Assembly (NCBI GenBank): GCA_964036045.1
Contig: OZ038378.1
Location: 20,088,001-20,152,000 of the forward strand
DNA length: 64,000 nucleotides
DNA from: Eutreptiella sp. 'Long Island Sound 2002'
Taxonomy: Eukaryota; Protista; Euglenida
Direction of reading: 5' to 3'
Below, piece after piece: positions 1 through 13,300 of this stretch. The position numbers and the translations under genes are program-made. Numbering within the stretch: the first letter of the stretch is position 1; every line of letters starts with the position of its first letter. The notes beneath the pieces were generated by a model. The model searched no databases and had not been told where the DNA came from. It saw only the letters and a list, made by a program, of their open reading frames with translations.

Positions 1-1527
1 CAACCGGGATCAGCTACATGGGAAGCTATACCAGGTCAATCAGATACCAAGAATGTGCCTACCCGTACTGTGCCATGAATATTGCATTGCGGTAGACAAA
101 ACACAATCAAGCGGGCAGAATGTCACCACATCATGAAGTGTGTAGCATAGCAATGGCTTGTGTCCATTTGTAGCATCGCATTTTTGTGTGGCCTTGGCCA
201 ATAAGAAGGAACCGCCGAACATTGCTGCGTGCATGTGCGGAGCGCATTGTGACCTGCTTACAACCTTGTATAAGCTACGCCAAAGTACCAAATTAATACG
301 GTCCTCACGCCTACTGTAGCTTGGACAAGGGCACAACACATATAACTATCGACACACGCATGAGTGAGCGCATGGTATTAGCGCACCTCAACCTCCACCT
401 ACATTCCCAAAAGCACAACGTTAAATTTCGCGTTCACACCCATGTTCCCATAACCAATTAAGCATGAGAACCCTACAATTGTTCGGTTTTGAAACCCTTC
501 TTGCAATGATACACCATGTGGAACAACGGGGGAAGGAGACGGGGACTGGATGAAGAACTCAATTTTTTGGAGGGGGGTACAGAGGCGTGCGGCCACCTGC
601 CCACCCTTCATGTGCGTTGTTTCCCCCAAGGAGGTGTTTCACATGCTGGTGTAGATGCATATCAGGAAAGGATCAAGAGCTGTTTCAGGGAGAAGGTGGC
701 TTGTATGGCTCTTGGGACCCACTTTTCCATGTTTGTGAATGAGACCTTTGGATACAAGGGTGGTTTGACGGTGGTGCATTTGGTGCCTAATGATGGTTTG
801 CATGGGGGGTACCCTTCCCCCTGCTTCTGTAAGCCACGCCCTTGTCCAAGCTATAGCGGGCGTGGGGACAATATTAATTTGGTAACTGATTTAATTCGGT
901 ACCAAATGTAGTGTAAGCACATAAGAGATGGTGTTGATGACAAATTTGCCGGTCACATAGACTCACGGACACATTTGTTGTGAGTGTTCGCCCACTTGAA
1001 CCCACATAGCTCTGATTTTGGGGATATTTGTGCACTGCATTCCCCCTTCTTGTACCAGCTCACCATGCAATCCTCTCTTTTTGAACCTGGGCGTCCGGTT
1101 ATTTTCGGGTGTTCCATCGGGCAGCGTATTTATGCCACAATGGAGGGAACATTGGAGAAGGGGAGACTGTTCGCATGTTGGAGTGGTTGTTCGCTGCGAT
1201 AAATTTCTGAAGCGATGATCCATACCACCAGACGGCACACAATACCCATGGATATGAACAATGGTCGAACTATGTTTCAGAATGTGATGGACCATGTCTC
1301 AAGTCTGCCAACATTTTGTACCCAGTAGGGAATTTGGTGGAAAAGCAATGTTGCCTTAGAATTAGACAAATGGGGGCAACAATGAAATGCTTGTCCAAAT
1401 CTGCTAGAGGATGGGTGTTTTTCGTGACATTTTGTACCAAACCGGGATGGAATTTCCAAAACCAAATTCAATCATAAAACAGAGTAAAATGAAAAAAAAC
1501 GATGAAAAGACGAAGCGCCACAAGAAG

Positions 1528-1770
1528 GCACTTAGCACGGGCGCATCCTGCCCAAACCGGCACTTTGCACGTGGGCATCCGGCGTGGACCAGCACTTTGC
1601 ACGAGTGCGTCCCGCCCAAACTGGCACCTTGCACGGGTGTGTAGGGCCCAACCGCCAATTTGCACGGGCGGACGTGTCCCACCCCAATCAGCACTTTGCA
1701 CAGACGGGTCCGGCCCCAACCGGCACTTTGCACGAGCGCATGCAGCTCCAATTGGTAATTTGCACGTATG
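1528..1770. repeat. Eight copies of a conserved (C)AACCGGCACTTTGCACG-like core at ~32-bp spacing with variable spacers
   Basis: Cores near 1528, 1561, 1593, 1625, 1656, 1692, 1723 and 1756. Confidence 0.85.
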
Positions 1771-2399
1771 AAGATGCATTTGTCGGGGTCCTCCACGGAT
1801 GCCCCCATGCAAGGTGACAGTTGGGGCCACACGGGCCTATGCAATGTGCCATGCCTGCTCTCAACGTACTTCCCGGCAGCCGATGCACATTGAGAATTCA
1901 TAAAAAAATCGACCTCTTGTGCAGCCTCTTATTGAAAATTCGGATTTGCCCACAGGTGAGCTAGACAATGATTGCATTTGCGCTACAATTTCGGGTGCCC
2001 CTTGAGTCCCAAATGGCCGTTTTGTCTCTCCAAGGCATACAAGGTGAGGCAGCCCAAAACCGTTTGGCCACATCTTGCGCAACATGGCCCAAACCCCAGT
2101 AGGCCTGTTGCTAGATTTCGTTCGTTTGAAAATGCAGTTCAAAAAATAGGGGGATACAATTCGCATACTTTGAGAAAGCAATGAGCGCACAGTGCACAGG
2201 ACGCATCACATGGTGTGTTTTTTAACACTAGTATAATTCTTCAGCCTTCAGGTATGCTGGATGTGCCTTGTCTTGTCTGTGCCTGCCACCAGGCCTTTAT
2301 TGCCAACAATCAAAATTGGTAGATTCAGCCCAACTGTTCAAGAGCAGCCATTTGGGCCAAACATTGTCCCAAAAGCCCCTCGAGGCAGTCAAAACCTGG

Positions 2400-2650
2400 G
2401 TAAGAAATATGGTTGCTAGTTTTCTTCGTGCCCAACTGCAGAGGTGATTTCGGCATCTGCTTGACAAACAATTTCGGCTCCCAGTTGGGAAAGTTGCCTG
2501 TTGCTTGCTTGTCGTTGTTGCGTAGATCTAAATGGGTTGATGTGGATGGGGGGGGTCAGGCAAATGATACTTCCAATGTATCGCACTTGTTTGACGTTGT
2601 CAAGAGGAAGCCCCGTAATGTGGATAGTGTATGCTGAGCAGGGCACCAAT
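2400..2650 (-). pseudogene. Possible decayed non-LTR RT thumb fragment
   Basis: TIHITGLPLDNVKQVRYIGSII resembles the IxIxGxxLExVxxFKYLGSxI motif of LINE RTs; no other RT motifs were recoverable nearby. Confidence 0.35.
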
Positions 2651-5247
2651 GGGCTGCGCGTTTGGTACGCGCTTCATTGGACACCTGAAGCCTTCTGAGC
2701 CAGACCAACACTGTTGTGCTGGCAGGGGGTCTGCCATGTCAGTTGAATGGGCATGAGGAAGGGTGGGGGGGGGGAGGGTTGATTCACGTACACAGAACAG
2801 TTTTTGCAGAACAAATGTCCAGATGCCCAATCTAGCTACTATACAGGGCTACACAGGGCTGGTAGAATATGGCTGACAGTGATGGGTATCCCAAAAGCAG
2901 CATCCTTGCACTTCCAAGAATGTACAATACATACCTTTTAGGGTACCCCCAGCACACACGGATGGTTGTCCATCAATTGAATTTCTTTGCAGAAGAAATC
3001 CGCCAGTCCTGTCTGTGTCCTGTGGTGCACATTGTAGTCTCTGCTGTCATTTCCCCGGGCCCAAGCGCAGATCTGTCACAGCCCCATCTTAATAGTCTGT
3101 AGTTGATCTTCCCTCGACAGATCTGTGGCAGGTATCATCTCTTTGAGCCCTGTCTGTCGCATGAGGCTTATTCTTCGGCTGCCTGCCTGCTGTGGTGACG
3201 GGTGGGACGTCTTGTGTGTTGCAATTGAGAAAGCTGACGTGGGTGTGCGTTCACCTGCATTGTGCTCTGGAATAGGCTGCTCAACGAAGAAGGGGATGAG
3301 ACCCCAGCCATCCCACACCACCCACCGACATTAGAAAAACCTTTTCCTGGAGGAAAATCCCTGTTACTTGGTATTTGCCAAGCATATTATTCTCAGTGCC
3401 TTCATTTCTCAGACGAGGCTTAAGGGCGGGCACGCCCCACTGTCCGGCATGGGGCGGCTCCTGGGTTAGGGTTGTCCCGGTGGTGTGGCACAGCTTGGGA
3501 TCGGTGCCCCGAAGCCCCTTGCGTCCCACACGGCCCAAACCGACTGAAAATCACCCACATCAAAGACAGGGTTGGGGTCAGTACTTCAATCAGGGTCAGG
3601 ACTATGGTCGGGGCCCGGGTTGGGGTGGTGTGCACAGGGATTCAGGCTTTGACTCGGGTTGGTTCACAGGATGATCAATATTGGAACTGGGGCCGTGGTT
3701 CTAGTTAAGGGCGAAGGTCAGTTATTTTGGGGGTCAGGCGAAAAGTCTGCGCAACAGTAACGGATACACTTGGCATGCAACTGCCTGTACATTACAAGGA
3801 ATGGACAATGAAGACAGCTCAAATGCTGCCTGACTGTGCAGCGTAGGCCAAGAGCCGTCGGGAATTAGTGATATAGCCCTGTCCGTCTGCCAGTTCGCCG
3901 CGGAGCAGAGGGGCATCCAATGGGCATCGGTGAGAGAACCCCTTCCCGGCTCGCCTCCTGACGCCAGTGGCCACACGCCACTGTCTCCGTTGGCCATCCT
4001 GGTCGGCGAAGGACCGACAGCGTGCCTGGCAGCCCAGAGAGCCCCCCAGCGCCCAACCTCCCATGCAGGGAGGGTACGTATCGGCAACAGGTCACAAACA
4101 CGCACGCGCGCGCGCACACACACACACACACACAGAAGCGCCATCACCACCACCACCACCACCACCACCACCTGTGGCTTCTTGTCGGCCACACCTCAAC
4201 ATAAGCAGGCCAGGCCAGAGGTGGTGGAGTGGCGGGACTCATTACTTACATGGGAGGCACAGGGCAGGGGAGCGTGGGAGACACACGCTGCCGTGGGTCG
4301 TCCACCTCGATGGCTCGCATTCGCGGCTAGCGAGGCAGGAGCAGACATCAAAAACTGCCACACACACATCCAACCCCGAAGTTTCGTCGAAGGGATATGC
4401 ACCGTGGCTCGCAAAGCTGCCCATTGGCAACCGGGACCTCAGAGGTCACAGGGAGGGATATTAAACAGGTTGACGTATTCCATTTCGGGGTATCCTTACT
4501 GCACACATGATTGCTCAGCAACCGAGCTGGTAGCACCCGTCGTCGAGGGACGAAGTGCGCGAGCGAGCGACCGATCGAGTGGGGAGTGTGTGCGTGTGCG
4601 TGGTAAGCATGCACACAAGCACCAGCACACATATTTCGCAGGTAAGCGACAGAGAGGCCGCCCCGCTCTCTGGCAAACACGGTGCCAGATGCCCCGCTGA
4701 ACTTTGGCCGGGTATGAGTGCCAAATCTGCTGCAGTCGCCCATCCATCCGATGGGCAGTCCACGATGATTCGCAATCTCCAAAGTCAGACTCAGGGACCC
4801 AATTGTGGAAATGTATCAGCGAGGGTGACGGGGCTGTGGTGGGCTGTGAAGAGCTGATGAGGCTTCATGAGGGCTGTTGAGCGGTGTTGGGGGTTGCGTC
4901 GGATTGTGATGGATTGATCAGGGTCATTGATGGCGATGGAGGGTTGTCAAGGGCTGAGTCGGGCTGTGATGGGCCCGTGAGGACCCACGAAGGGCTGTGT
5001 CGGCCCGAGTAAAGCCCTGAAGGGCGCTGCAACATAACATAGCGCACTTCATCAGTGCCCACAAAAAAATTCGCGGCAGACAGCACAACCTGCGCACTAA
5101 CTGTTGCGGAATGTACGGCGGTGATGCACCACGCCCCTACTGAGACGGTGGGGGGGTTGGGGCATGCCCAGGACCTCAGGGCACATGGGGAAGGAGATCA
5201 CAGGCAGCCTGATGCTGAAAATGTAGGATATCATCCCCGGGGCTGGG

Positions 5248-5421
5248 CTAATTGGGCTGAAGCGCAGGGAAACCTTCCTTGAACTCTGCAATTGCACCGC
5301 GGAGGGTAAAATTGGGGGTCAATGCCTTGTTGGGCAGCTGCAAATTCGTGACGGGGGACGTCGCATGGGTCCCCAACCAACTTTCAATTGCACTCCGCTC
5401 ATAGGAATGCCCATCAGCCGC
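5248..5421 (-). CDS. U-box domain, C-terminal half and last exon ([57 protein letters not shown])
   Basis: Hand translation matches the U-box consensus DGHxYERxAIxxW...SPxT...L.PN..LR..I; acceptor gtttttag| is phase 0, matching the donor at 10361. Not in the ORF track. Confidence 0.88.
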   Translation of the reverse strand, partial: AADGHSYERSAIESWLGTHATSPVTNLQLPNKALTPNFTLRGAIAEFKEGFPALQPN

Positions 5422-6592
5422 CTAAAAACAAAACAACAAAATAACAAAAGGTGCCGTTGGCCACACAAACAGATGGTTGCATGGCATGGGGCATCATCTG
5501 CGTTTACACCTCTGCTGCTGCACGGTTGCCAAAATTGATGTGTTCGTGTTTGTACCGCAAGTAGCTACAGTCTAAATGGCAGAAAGAAAATGGCGGTAGA
5601 AATGCGGGAAGCCCATTCTTGACGATGCCACATACCCCAGCAGAAGCGATCGTGGGTGCTTTTTCGGCTATTGTGGCACATTGTGGAGTAGGCTGCATGC
5701 ATACAAAAGGGGGCGAAGGTCCAGCCGTTTTGGCGCACCCACCGCCCAAACAAATGGCATCACCCATGAAGACTTCACTTGGAACAAAACGACCTCAGCC
5801 CCACCCCAATTCAAAAAGCCCATGGTCAAAGCGGGTCCCACAATTTTTTCTTCTTCTGCACTGTTTGTTTGTTGTTTTTTGGCTGTGTACTTTTCTGCTC
5901 ATCTTTGCCCGGCATCAGGGCTTTTTGGCCTTTTAGTTCTGTTTCTGTGGACGTGTTGATATAGGCTGTGAAAATGCTGCGGCTGCCGCTTCCGTTTGTG
6001 AACTGGGGATTTGGATTGAAAACAGGAGGACTACAGTATTGGTTGTGTTGCCAAGTCCTGCACTATTCGTTTTGGATGAAGTCTGCACTGTTTTGTTTCA
6101 TGTGTTAAAAAACCTGCACTTTTGAAAACCCTGCATTTGACTCAGAGGGGGGTACACCATCGACACACAAGGCACGCGTGTGCCAGCCAGCCCCCCCCCC
6201 CCCCTACGTGCCAGGCGGGCAGCCAAACAGTCAAAACCAAAAAACCTCAAGCTGTGTGAGCGACAATCAAAACGGAAAAGTGGTATTAGATTTTGGCTGC
6301 TGTGATTCCGGGCCTTCGCATGGGGTCAACTTTTGCAGGCGCCAAATCAGAGCTCTAACACTTTGATTTTGATAGTGCCCTGAAGTGCCCACCAGTGTTT
6401 TGGCCACCCCCCCCACACATCACCTATCCACCCCCTCCCCCCTCATGTGCCAGCACAAGTGCCCGCCAAATGTTGGGAAACATCACCCCTCTCATGGCCC
6501 ACCGTGATGTTGTGCCTAACCTGTGCCTGAAAGTACCGCACAACCCCTGCCTTCGTCCAGACCTCCTCCACACACACACACACACACACACA

Positions 6593-6628
<36 letters not shown>

Positions 6629-6656
6629 GGCACGCGCGCGCACACACACACACAAA

Positions 6657-6706
<50 letters not shown>

Positions 6707-9700
6707 GGGAACCGCGAGACAAGAACAAAGCAAGAAAAGCGGTTGAAAGAAAACTCCTCAGGAACAGCAGAGCTGTCCTAGACGTCTTTTGGTCTGTTGG
6801 TAGAGAATGAGCAATTGCAGTTCTGGACAGGGTACCTCACCACTTCCCGCGTTCAGTCCTGCACCGCGCAACAGACCACAAAAACCGCCCTCGGAGGAGC
6901 TAGTGTACCACCGTCGCCTTCGCCTAGATTTATCGTGTGCTGGGTGCCACCACCCAGCCACACACACACAGAGAAACATTCAGGGCAGGGGAGGCAGGAG
7001 GGATGGAGAGACCGGAGCCTGGCCGGGGTTTGGGCAGTGTGGTGCAGCGGCTGTGCAGCCGGCTGCTGCCCTGAAGACCCGAGTTCGAGTCCTCTTCCGC
7101 AGGCAAGCGGGAGAGGACTATGAGGAGGACATGCGCCACCCGGCGGACGGCGGTAGCAGTGACGGGGCGCGCTGCTGCAGGTGTGCCGTGCCTGGTGCCT
7201 CGTTTTTGTGTGTGCCAGGGGGCCAGGGGCTGGGGTAGGGGGCAGGAAAAAGATGGAGGAGACACGCCACCCGACGCACCGGCGGTACCGATGGTGGAGC
7301 GGGATGCTAAAGGGGGCGGTGGCGGGGGCCTCACCGACGGGCCCCTGGACGGACAGACGAACCGGGGTTCGAACCCCCGACCACGATGAGCGCCCGCCAT
7401 GGCGCATACCACTAGACCGTCCATGCCTCTTACCTGTATTGGTGCAAAAATTGTATAGAGGAAATGGTGGGCGGTCACGGGGGTTCGGCCCTACACACTG
7501 CATGTCACCGGGGACGGGGGGATAATGACTGCGGTTGATTCCCGATAGACCTGACGTCCCGGGGCCCAGCAGACAGGGGTGGGGGCGGTGAGGCAATTCA
7601 GGGCCGAGAGTGGTGGGGGCGGCGGGAGAGAGCGAGGGAGGGGTGTTCAGCATCGGGCTCAGGGAACAGTGGCCATTTTACGTAGCAGGGCGATGTCCGT
7701 GCACCAGGTTGGCGTGTACCCCTCTGGCTGAAATTCCCCTGGAATTTCCCTGTCCGTGTATCTGTCGCCTTCCCAGACAGCCCTATTTGCAAGCCAGTGC
7801 ACCAGTTTTGCTGCGGCGGCACCACGAGAGCATGGGAGATCGTGGCCAACGCTGTACGCGGCGCGCATAGTGTTTTCCGACCACCAAGGGGAGGCGGCGT
7901 ACACACGGCGCACTGCTTTGTGCAGCGCCCGCATCACGGTCATTCGCCTGTAGCCTAAAAGCATTGCCAGCTGGGCCCATGCAAGTGCGGACAGAATTTG
8001 GCCAGCCCATGTTTGTTGCCAGGGGAGGGTACCAGTAAGGCTGCTAATGAGTATACAAGGCAAATACTCCCTGGGCGCGCGTGTCGGGCTGATGAGGGGG
8101 GCACCGTACCGGAGTTCCCAGGTGTCTGTGAGTGCAGAAGGATGTGTGATTGCGCAACAGTGGCCCCCTCCCAGTGTCATGTGTACTCCCAGTGCGCGGC
8201 GGCTCTGGCTCAGGCAGTCCCCGCCACATGATGGGGCACCTCCATCCACGCAGTCGCAAAGCACCTCGAGTTTCCAGATGTCCGACAGTAGGTCACAGAC
8301 TTCCTGTACCAGTGTGGTGTGTGTGCCGGGGGGTAAATTGGTCGCCAGAAGCACATTGTCCCTGAATTGCGCCAGGCCGAACCACATTGTGCCCCTGGTC
8401 CAGAAGATGTAGCCGTCCTCGGACAGGCTCATGTTGCCCCAGTCCTTCATCCTTTTACCATTTTTCTTCACCCCCCACAAGGTGTGCAAGTCTGCACTTT
8501 GTGCCGAAAAAGGTCCCCCCATCGGGATGCTGATTTTCCTGCTCCATAGTCGTCCCAAAGCCTGTAGGACGTTGTTGTGTAATAGCTCAAAGTTCAGCAT
8601 TGCCGTCAGATGGCTGTGTGTTAGTACCCAAAATTTTTCACTGGTTGCCCCGCCCGCCCTGTCCAGCTTGGGTGTGTCTCTGTGGATCGACCAATGCAGT
8701 TGCTGTTGCCTCCGGCGCCTTTTCTTGGTCAGCCACTTTGTTGCTTTTCCAAAGGCTCGTGTCACATCCTTCGGGTGTATGTTGTCAAACTGCTTTTTGC
8801 AGTCCACCTCTGTGATTGCGCGTGCCCCTTTTCGTGCAACGAAATGCAGCCAGCCTGACACTGACTGGATGTCGGTGTACTGGAAGTTGTGTGTGATTTC
8901 CGTTTGTAACATGCGGAGCATACAGGTGAAGGTGCGTGCACCCTTTCGTAGTTGGCGCTGCTGGAGGATAGGGGCGGGAAAGGCGGAGATTCCTCTGAAA
9001 ACCCATTTTCCTGTGCGTCGCGACTTTGCCTTTGCCAGGACATAGAGGATGCACAGTTTCCCGTGTTTGTTGCGCTCTAGCTCCATATCTGAGACTGCGT
9101 CCCCAATGGCGCGTGTCCACTGGTCCTGGGTCTAGCCCGTGGCGTGGAACTTTTCATTGATCATAAATTCAGTTACCTTTTCCCAGACCCAGGCAGAGCA
9201 GAAGCCCCACAGTTCCCCCGACCCTTTATCCACAATTCTTGTGTATTGGAAGGATGCAAGGAACTTTGAGAGGCGTCGCAATTGGCGCAGGAGTGTTCCG
9301 GATTCCGGGAACAGTGAGGGGGGTAGCAGGGTGTCCAACGGGGGCACAGGCACATTCAGGTGTGTGCAGAAGGTGGTGATCCCGGAGATCGCCTTCTTAC
9401 GTGCTTTGCTTCCTGGGATGGGAACGGGGTCGTTTGGTCTCAGCCCCCCGTGGCCCCCCACATTCAGGGCAACCGGTATCAGTGCCACATGGCTGTCGAC
9501 GTCAATGACGTCCCCGTATTGCTTCGCCTGACTCGCGAACTCCGCACAGCGGCAGGGGGGCTTTGTCATCATTCTGGACTGTGCCATAGCTTTGGACTGG
9601 AAGACGAATCGTACCGTGTGGGGGTTGGCGCGGACTATACGGACCGTGTGCCGTAGTGCTTGGTGCTCATAAGCTTTCAAGGCGCTGTCGCGTAGAATGT

Positions 9701-10218
9701 TTCGTAGAATGTTTGTGATCACTGTTTTCTGTGTGGCGCTCAGGTTTGGCACAACGACACTCCCGGCAACGTGGAACGGAAGTCCTATTTGTTGTGCGGT
9801 GTCCCGTAGTACTGCTTGCAACGCTTTCACTCTCTGTGCATCCCGCAGGTCACGCGCCTGACGCAGTTCGTGTAGTGTGTGTAACATTTTGCTGTTGATG
9901 TAGGCGCGCTGCTTGTTGGGTGTGTCCGTTTCGCTGATTCCGGGTGGTATATCATTCAAAGCCCACTTGTGCAGGTCCGCCCACCACTGGCGTTCCGCCA
10001 ATCCTGCTTGGAACAGTGTGTCACAATACCGGACTGGGATGGTGATCCAGTTGCTGATGTCGGTGAGGAGCAATTGTGCATGGAAGGAGGCGCTGTCTGT
10101 GCCTGCTCGTGCGTCACAGTAGTGTTTCCGTAACCGTTGGATTGGGGCCTGGGAGGTCTGACCAACGTACACAGCGCCCGTTCTTAAATTTCTTAAACAC
10201 ACACACACACACACGCAC

Positions 10219-10306
<88 letters not shown>

Positions 10307-13300
10307 ATACACACACACTTAGGATGCGCGGGACTTGTGCGATACAGGGCAGGCAAATACCATGACCGGATCCACCATAATGTCTTGCGTGATGGGGCAC
10401 AGAAACGACACAGGGGGCTCTGCCTCGTGGTGCCCGCCGCCTGTGAAATAGAAAGGGGCTGCTGTAGGCGATCGGCATAAGAAGGTGCGTGGATGAGGAG
10501 GAAGAGGAACAGGCACGTGGGCTTTCGAGTGCCCTGACATTGGGCCTCCGGAGTTTGCACCCAGTTGAGAAGACAGGGTGTGGGTGTGTGGGGGGTTCAG
10601 GGGGGGGGGGGCGCTGTTGCCGGTGTGCGCCTTCCAATCTCCTTTAAATTGCGCGGCAGCCCCCAAAATTGACGTCCCAGTGGTGGAGTGGATGTAGGAG
10701 GGCGGGGGGACCACGGCATGAACCCCCACATAAACCCCAACACAGGCCCTGTAAAATGCAATGAGGCAGTGATTAGTCTGAGGTATGTGTCAGGGGAAAA
10801 TGTCTTTCGAAAAGTTTCCCTTGGGCCGCTTGGCGGCCCATTTTACAAGCCATCACTGGTCCTTAGACTGCCCGTTCCTGAGTACTCTTGTGGGATCTTT
10901 GTAATTCGCAACGTGTCACCCCAGCCCTCAAGGGCCCCAGTCCCCCATCCCCACCAAACAGTATACATCAATATCATACCCACCATTCCCGGACACAGAA
11001 ACGGCACCCACCGCCGCTTTCACCACGGGGCGGTGGGCGCTGAGATGGGGGGCGGGGGGGGGGGGGTACATGCAGCCCGTAACACGGACCACAAGCCCGA
11101 CCTGTGGCCTTTGAGTGACTGCAACTCACGCCGTGTTGCGCATTGGGGGTGGCAGGGTCTGATCCCAACGCGGTGCCCTCTGCCGCTGCCCTGGGACGCC
11201 TTTCTGACACCGGAGTAGCGTTCGGCGTACAGCCCTGCAGGGGGCTGTCCGGCCTATCGGGTTGTGGAGGCGCTGACGGACAGCCCCACTCGTGGGGGTG
11301 AGCGGGCTGTGCAACGCAGTGCACGCAATATGCCCTGCCGAAGCGGTTAGCCCTCCCCCTGTGTGACATTCCGTCTGGGTGTTGTTTCTTTACGCGGCCC
11401 TGAACAGTCACCCGTTCTTCCCTTCGCATGTTGCGTCGTGTTGCTTCTTTCTGTCAACCGCTGCGGCCAGTGCTCTTGCTGGTGTCGTTTATGCGTTCGC
11501 AGAGCCCAGTGGTTGGTGTGCTGGGGCTGTGCTGGCTGTGGCATGGCGGGCCGTTTGCGTGTCCGTGGCGCCCAGTAGTTGGCGTTTTTAGGTTGTGCTG
11601 GTTGTCGCCGGGGTCGTTTGACTGTTTTTGCTGTCCACGCGCCTCTGTCCACAGGCCGTCCATAATCTGCCTCACTGTGTTTCCGTGCGTGTGAGGCCCA
11701 GGTGCCCTGTTCCTCCACACGCTGTCCCGACCGTCCACCATTTGTCCCTTTCCCCCCTCACGGCTGGTCTGCCCCTGATGGGCTCCCGCTCCTGTTGCGC
11801 AAACAGCCCATCTGGGCTGCGGGAGACACCCCCCACCTAATGCCAGTTGAGCAGGGGGGCTGGCCGGCCGGGCCATCCCCTTTGTTGTTGCTGCCTCCCA
11901 TGTGCACGCTCTCCCATCCCCTCCATTCTGGTTCCATGTCCTAGTTGCCTCTCCGACCTTGCTGCGCCCCTCCTCCTTGTCAACTGTGCTCGCACTCGTC
12001 CCTCTTGGTGTGGCTCCCGCATCCTGTGTGTCTGTGTTGCTCCTCCCCCTGTTTGTTGGCGCTCCATGGTGCCCCTTTTGCGCACCCACTCCTGTCCCAC
12101 CCGCCTGCCCCCCCCGTATGCGGATTTCACGTCTGCGTATGACGTCGACTGTCCCGCCCACGGTTGGTTGGTCACGGCCCTGCTGCCACCCCCGTGGCGG
12201 GCACCTCCTGGCGCGCGGGGCGCAGCCCCCGCCCTTGTGGAGTTCGTGGGCACCTCGCAGAGGGAGGGGGGGGCTTGTTTGCTGATGGCTCGCTCGGCTC
12301 ACGCCGCATTTGGTGGTTGCTGCTTTGCTTGCACCTCATGGTCCACCAGTGCATTGCTGTGAGTCCTGTTGGGGCTCGTCTCACTGCCGTGTGTGGGGCA
12401 GCCCTGTGCCTAGTTGCTTCGCTGCGTGTGTACCCCCCAATTTGGTGCTCTTGTTTCTTCTGCTGGGGCACTCACCGTTGCTAGTGTGCACTGACGGGGG
12501 GGGGCGGGGCGTGTTGCTCCCTGCCTCCCGTTGTGGCTGTTGGGTGGTCCCACTGCAATTTGGGTGGCACCAGGGGCACCGGGAACTTCTGCACATGTCT
12601 CCAAATCCGCAAAATGATCTGTCACTGGTGTTTGTTGGGGTTGTTTTGTGGTGAATGTGATGCATTGTTGTTCTTATGCATTCTGGGCTGCTGAGGGGCT
12701 CCCTGTTTGAGGACTTCACTCCGGGTTGTTCACGCCTTGGAGCTAGGGACTCGTGTGAGTCCACCCCCTGTTTGGTCGTGGGTAGTGACCACCAACGGTT
12801 TGGACACTGTGTCCCATAATCGTGCCTAAGGCCCCTGCACTATGCCCTAGTGACAGAACTTGGCTACTCATGGGCAGTATATGTTTTAGGTCGCTGCCCA
12901 ATGGTGAACCGCGTAGCCGGTTGCTAACCCCAAGCAGGGGCGACCCCCTTACTTAGGTTTGGGCTACCTCCACTTCCCGGTGTGGTCGGGAAGGTGTTGG
13001 CTCCCGGGAGTGCATGACGGAAGCATCCCTTTTGTGTTGTGTGTGTTTGTGTGGCCTTGGTTGGTTTGTGTGGTGGGTGCGGTGTTGGCGTTGGGGTGTG
13101 GGGTTGTGGGCCCTTGGTGGTGTCCTGCGTGCGTGCCTTGTTCGTTGGCAGCGGTGGTTGTGCATGGGTGGGTTGCCCACATGGTGGGTCTAGCACCCGC
13201 CTTGGGGCGTGCGGTGTTGGGCTAGCATCGGTGTTTGTGGCGCATGTTGTGGCTGTCCGCCGCCGTTGTGCCGTTGCTGCGTTGTGTGCTACATTGTGTT

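Larger units (their letters stand above)
6703..10198 (-). mobile_element. Penelope-like retroelement with N-terminal GIY-YIG endonuclease, CxC linker and RT (Naiad/Chlamys-type domain order), lying between two (CA)n arrays in U-box intron 4
   Basis: [14 protein letters not shown]...RLRKH (GIY-YIG, extreme N-terminus lost); KPPCRC; RT motifs [25 protein letters not shown] and QFRDNVLL. The 3' boundary at 6703 is inferred from the microsatellite junction. Confidence 0.8.

Noticed and set aside
1528-1770. CRISPR array
   Set aside because: Eukaryotic context, short degenerate repeats, ~15-bp spacers and no cas genes.
3930-4700. Plus-strand 256-aa ORF
   Set aside because: Built partly on (CA)n and (CAC)n tracts; no recognisable domain or exon chain.
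6740-6790. Hammerhead ribozyme at the PLE 3' end (CTGAGGAG on minus)
   Set aside because: No downstream GAAA core or supporting stems.
6395-6810. HT/CV-rich ORFs (also at 10076-10560, 20755-21084 and 54008-54617)
   Set aside because: Artefacts of (CA)n microsatellites.
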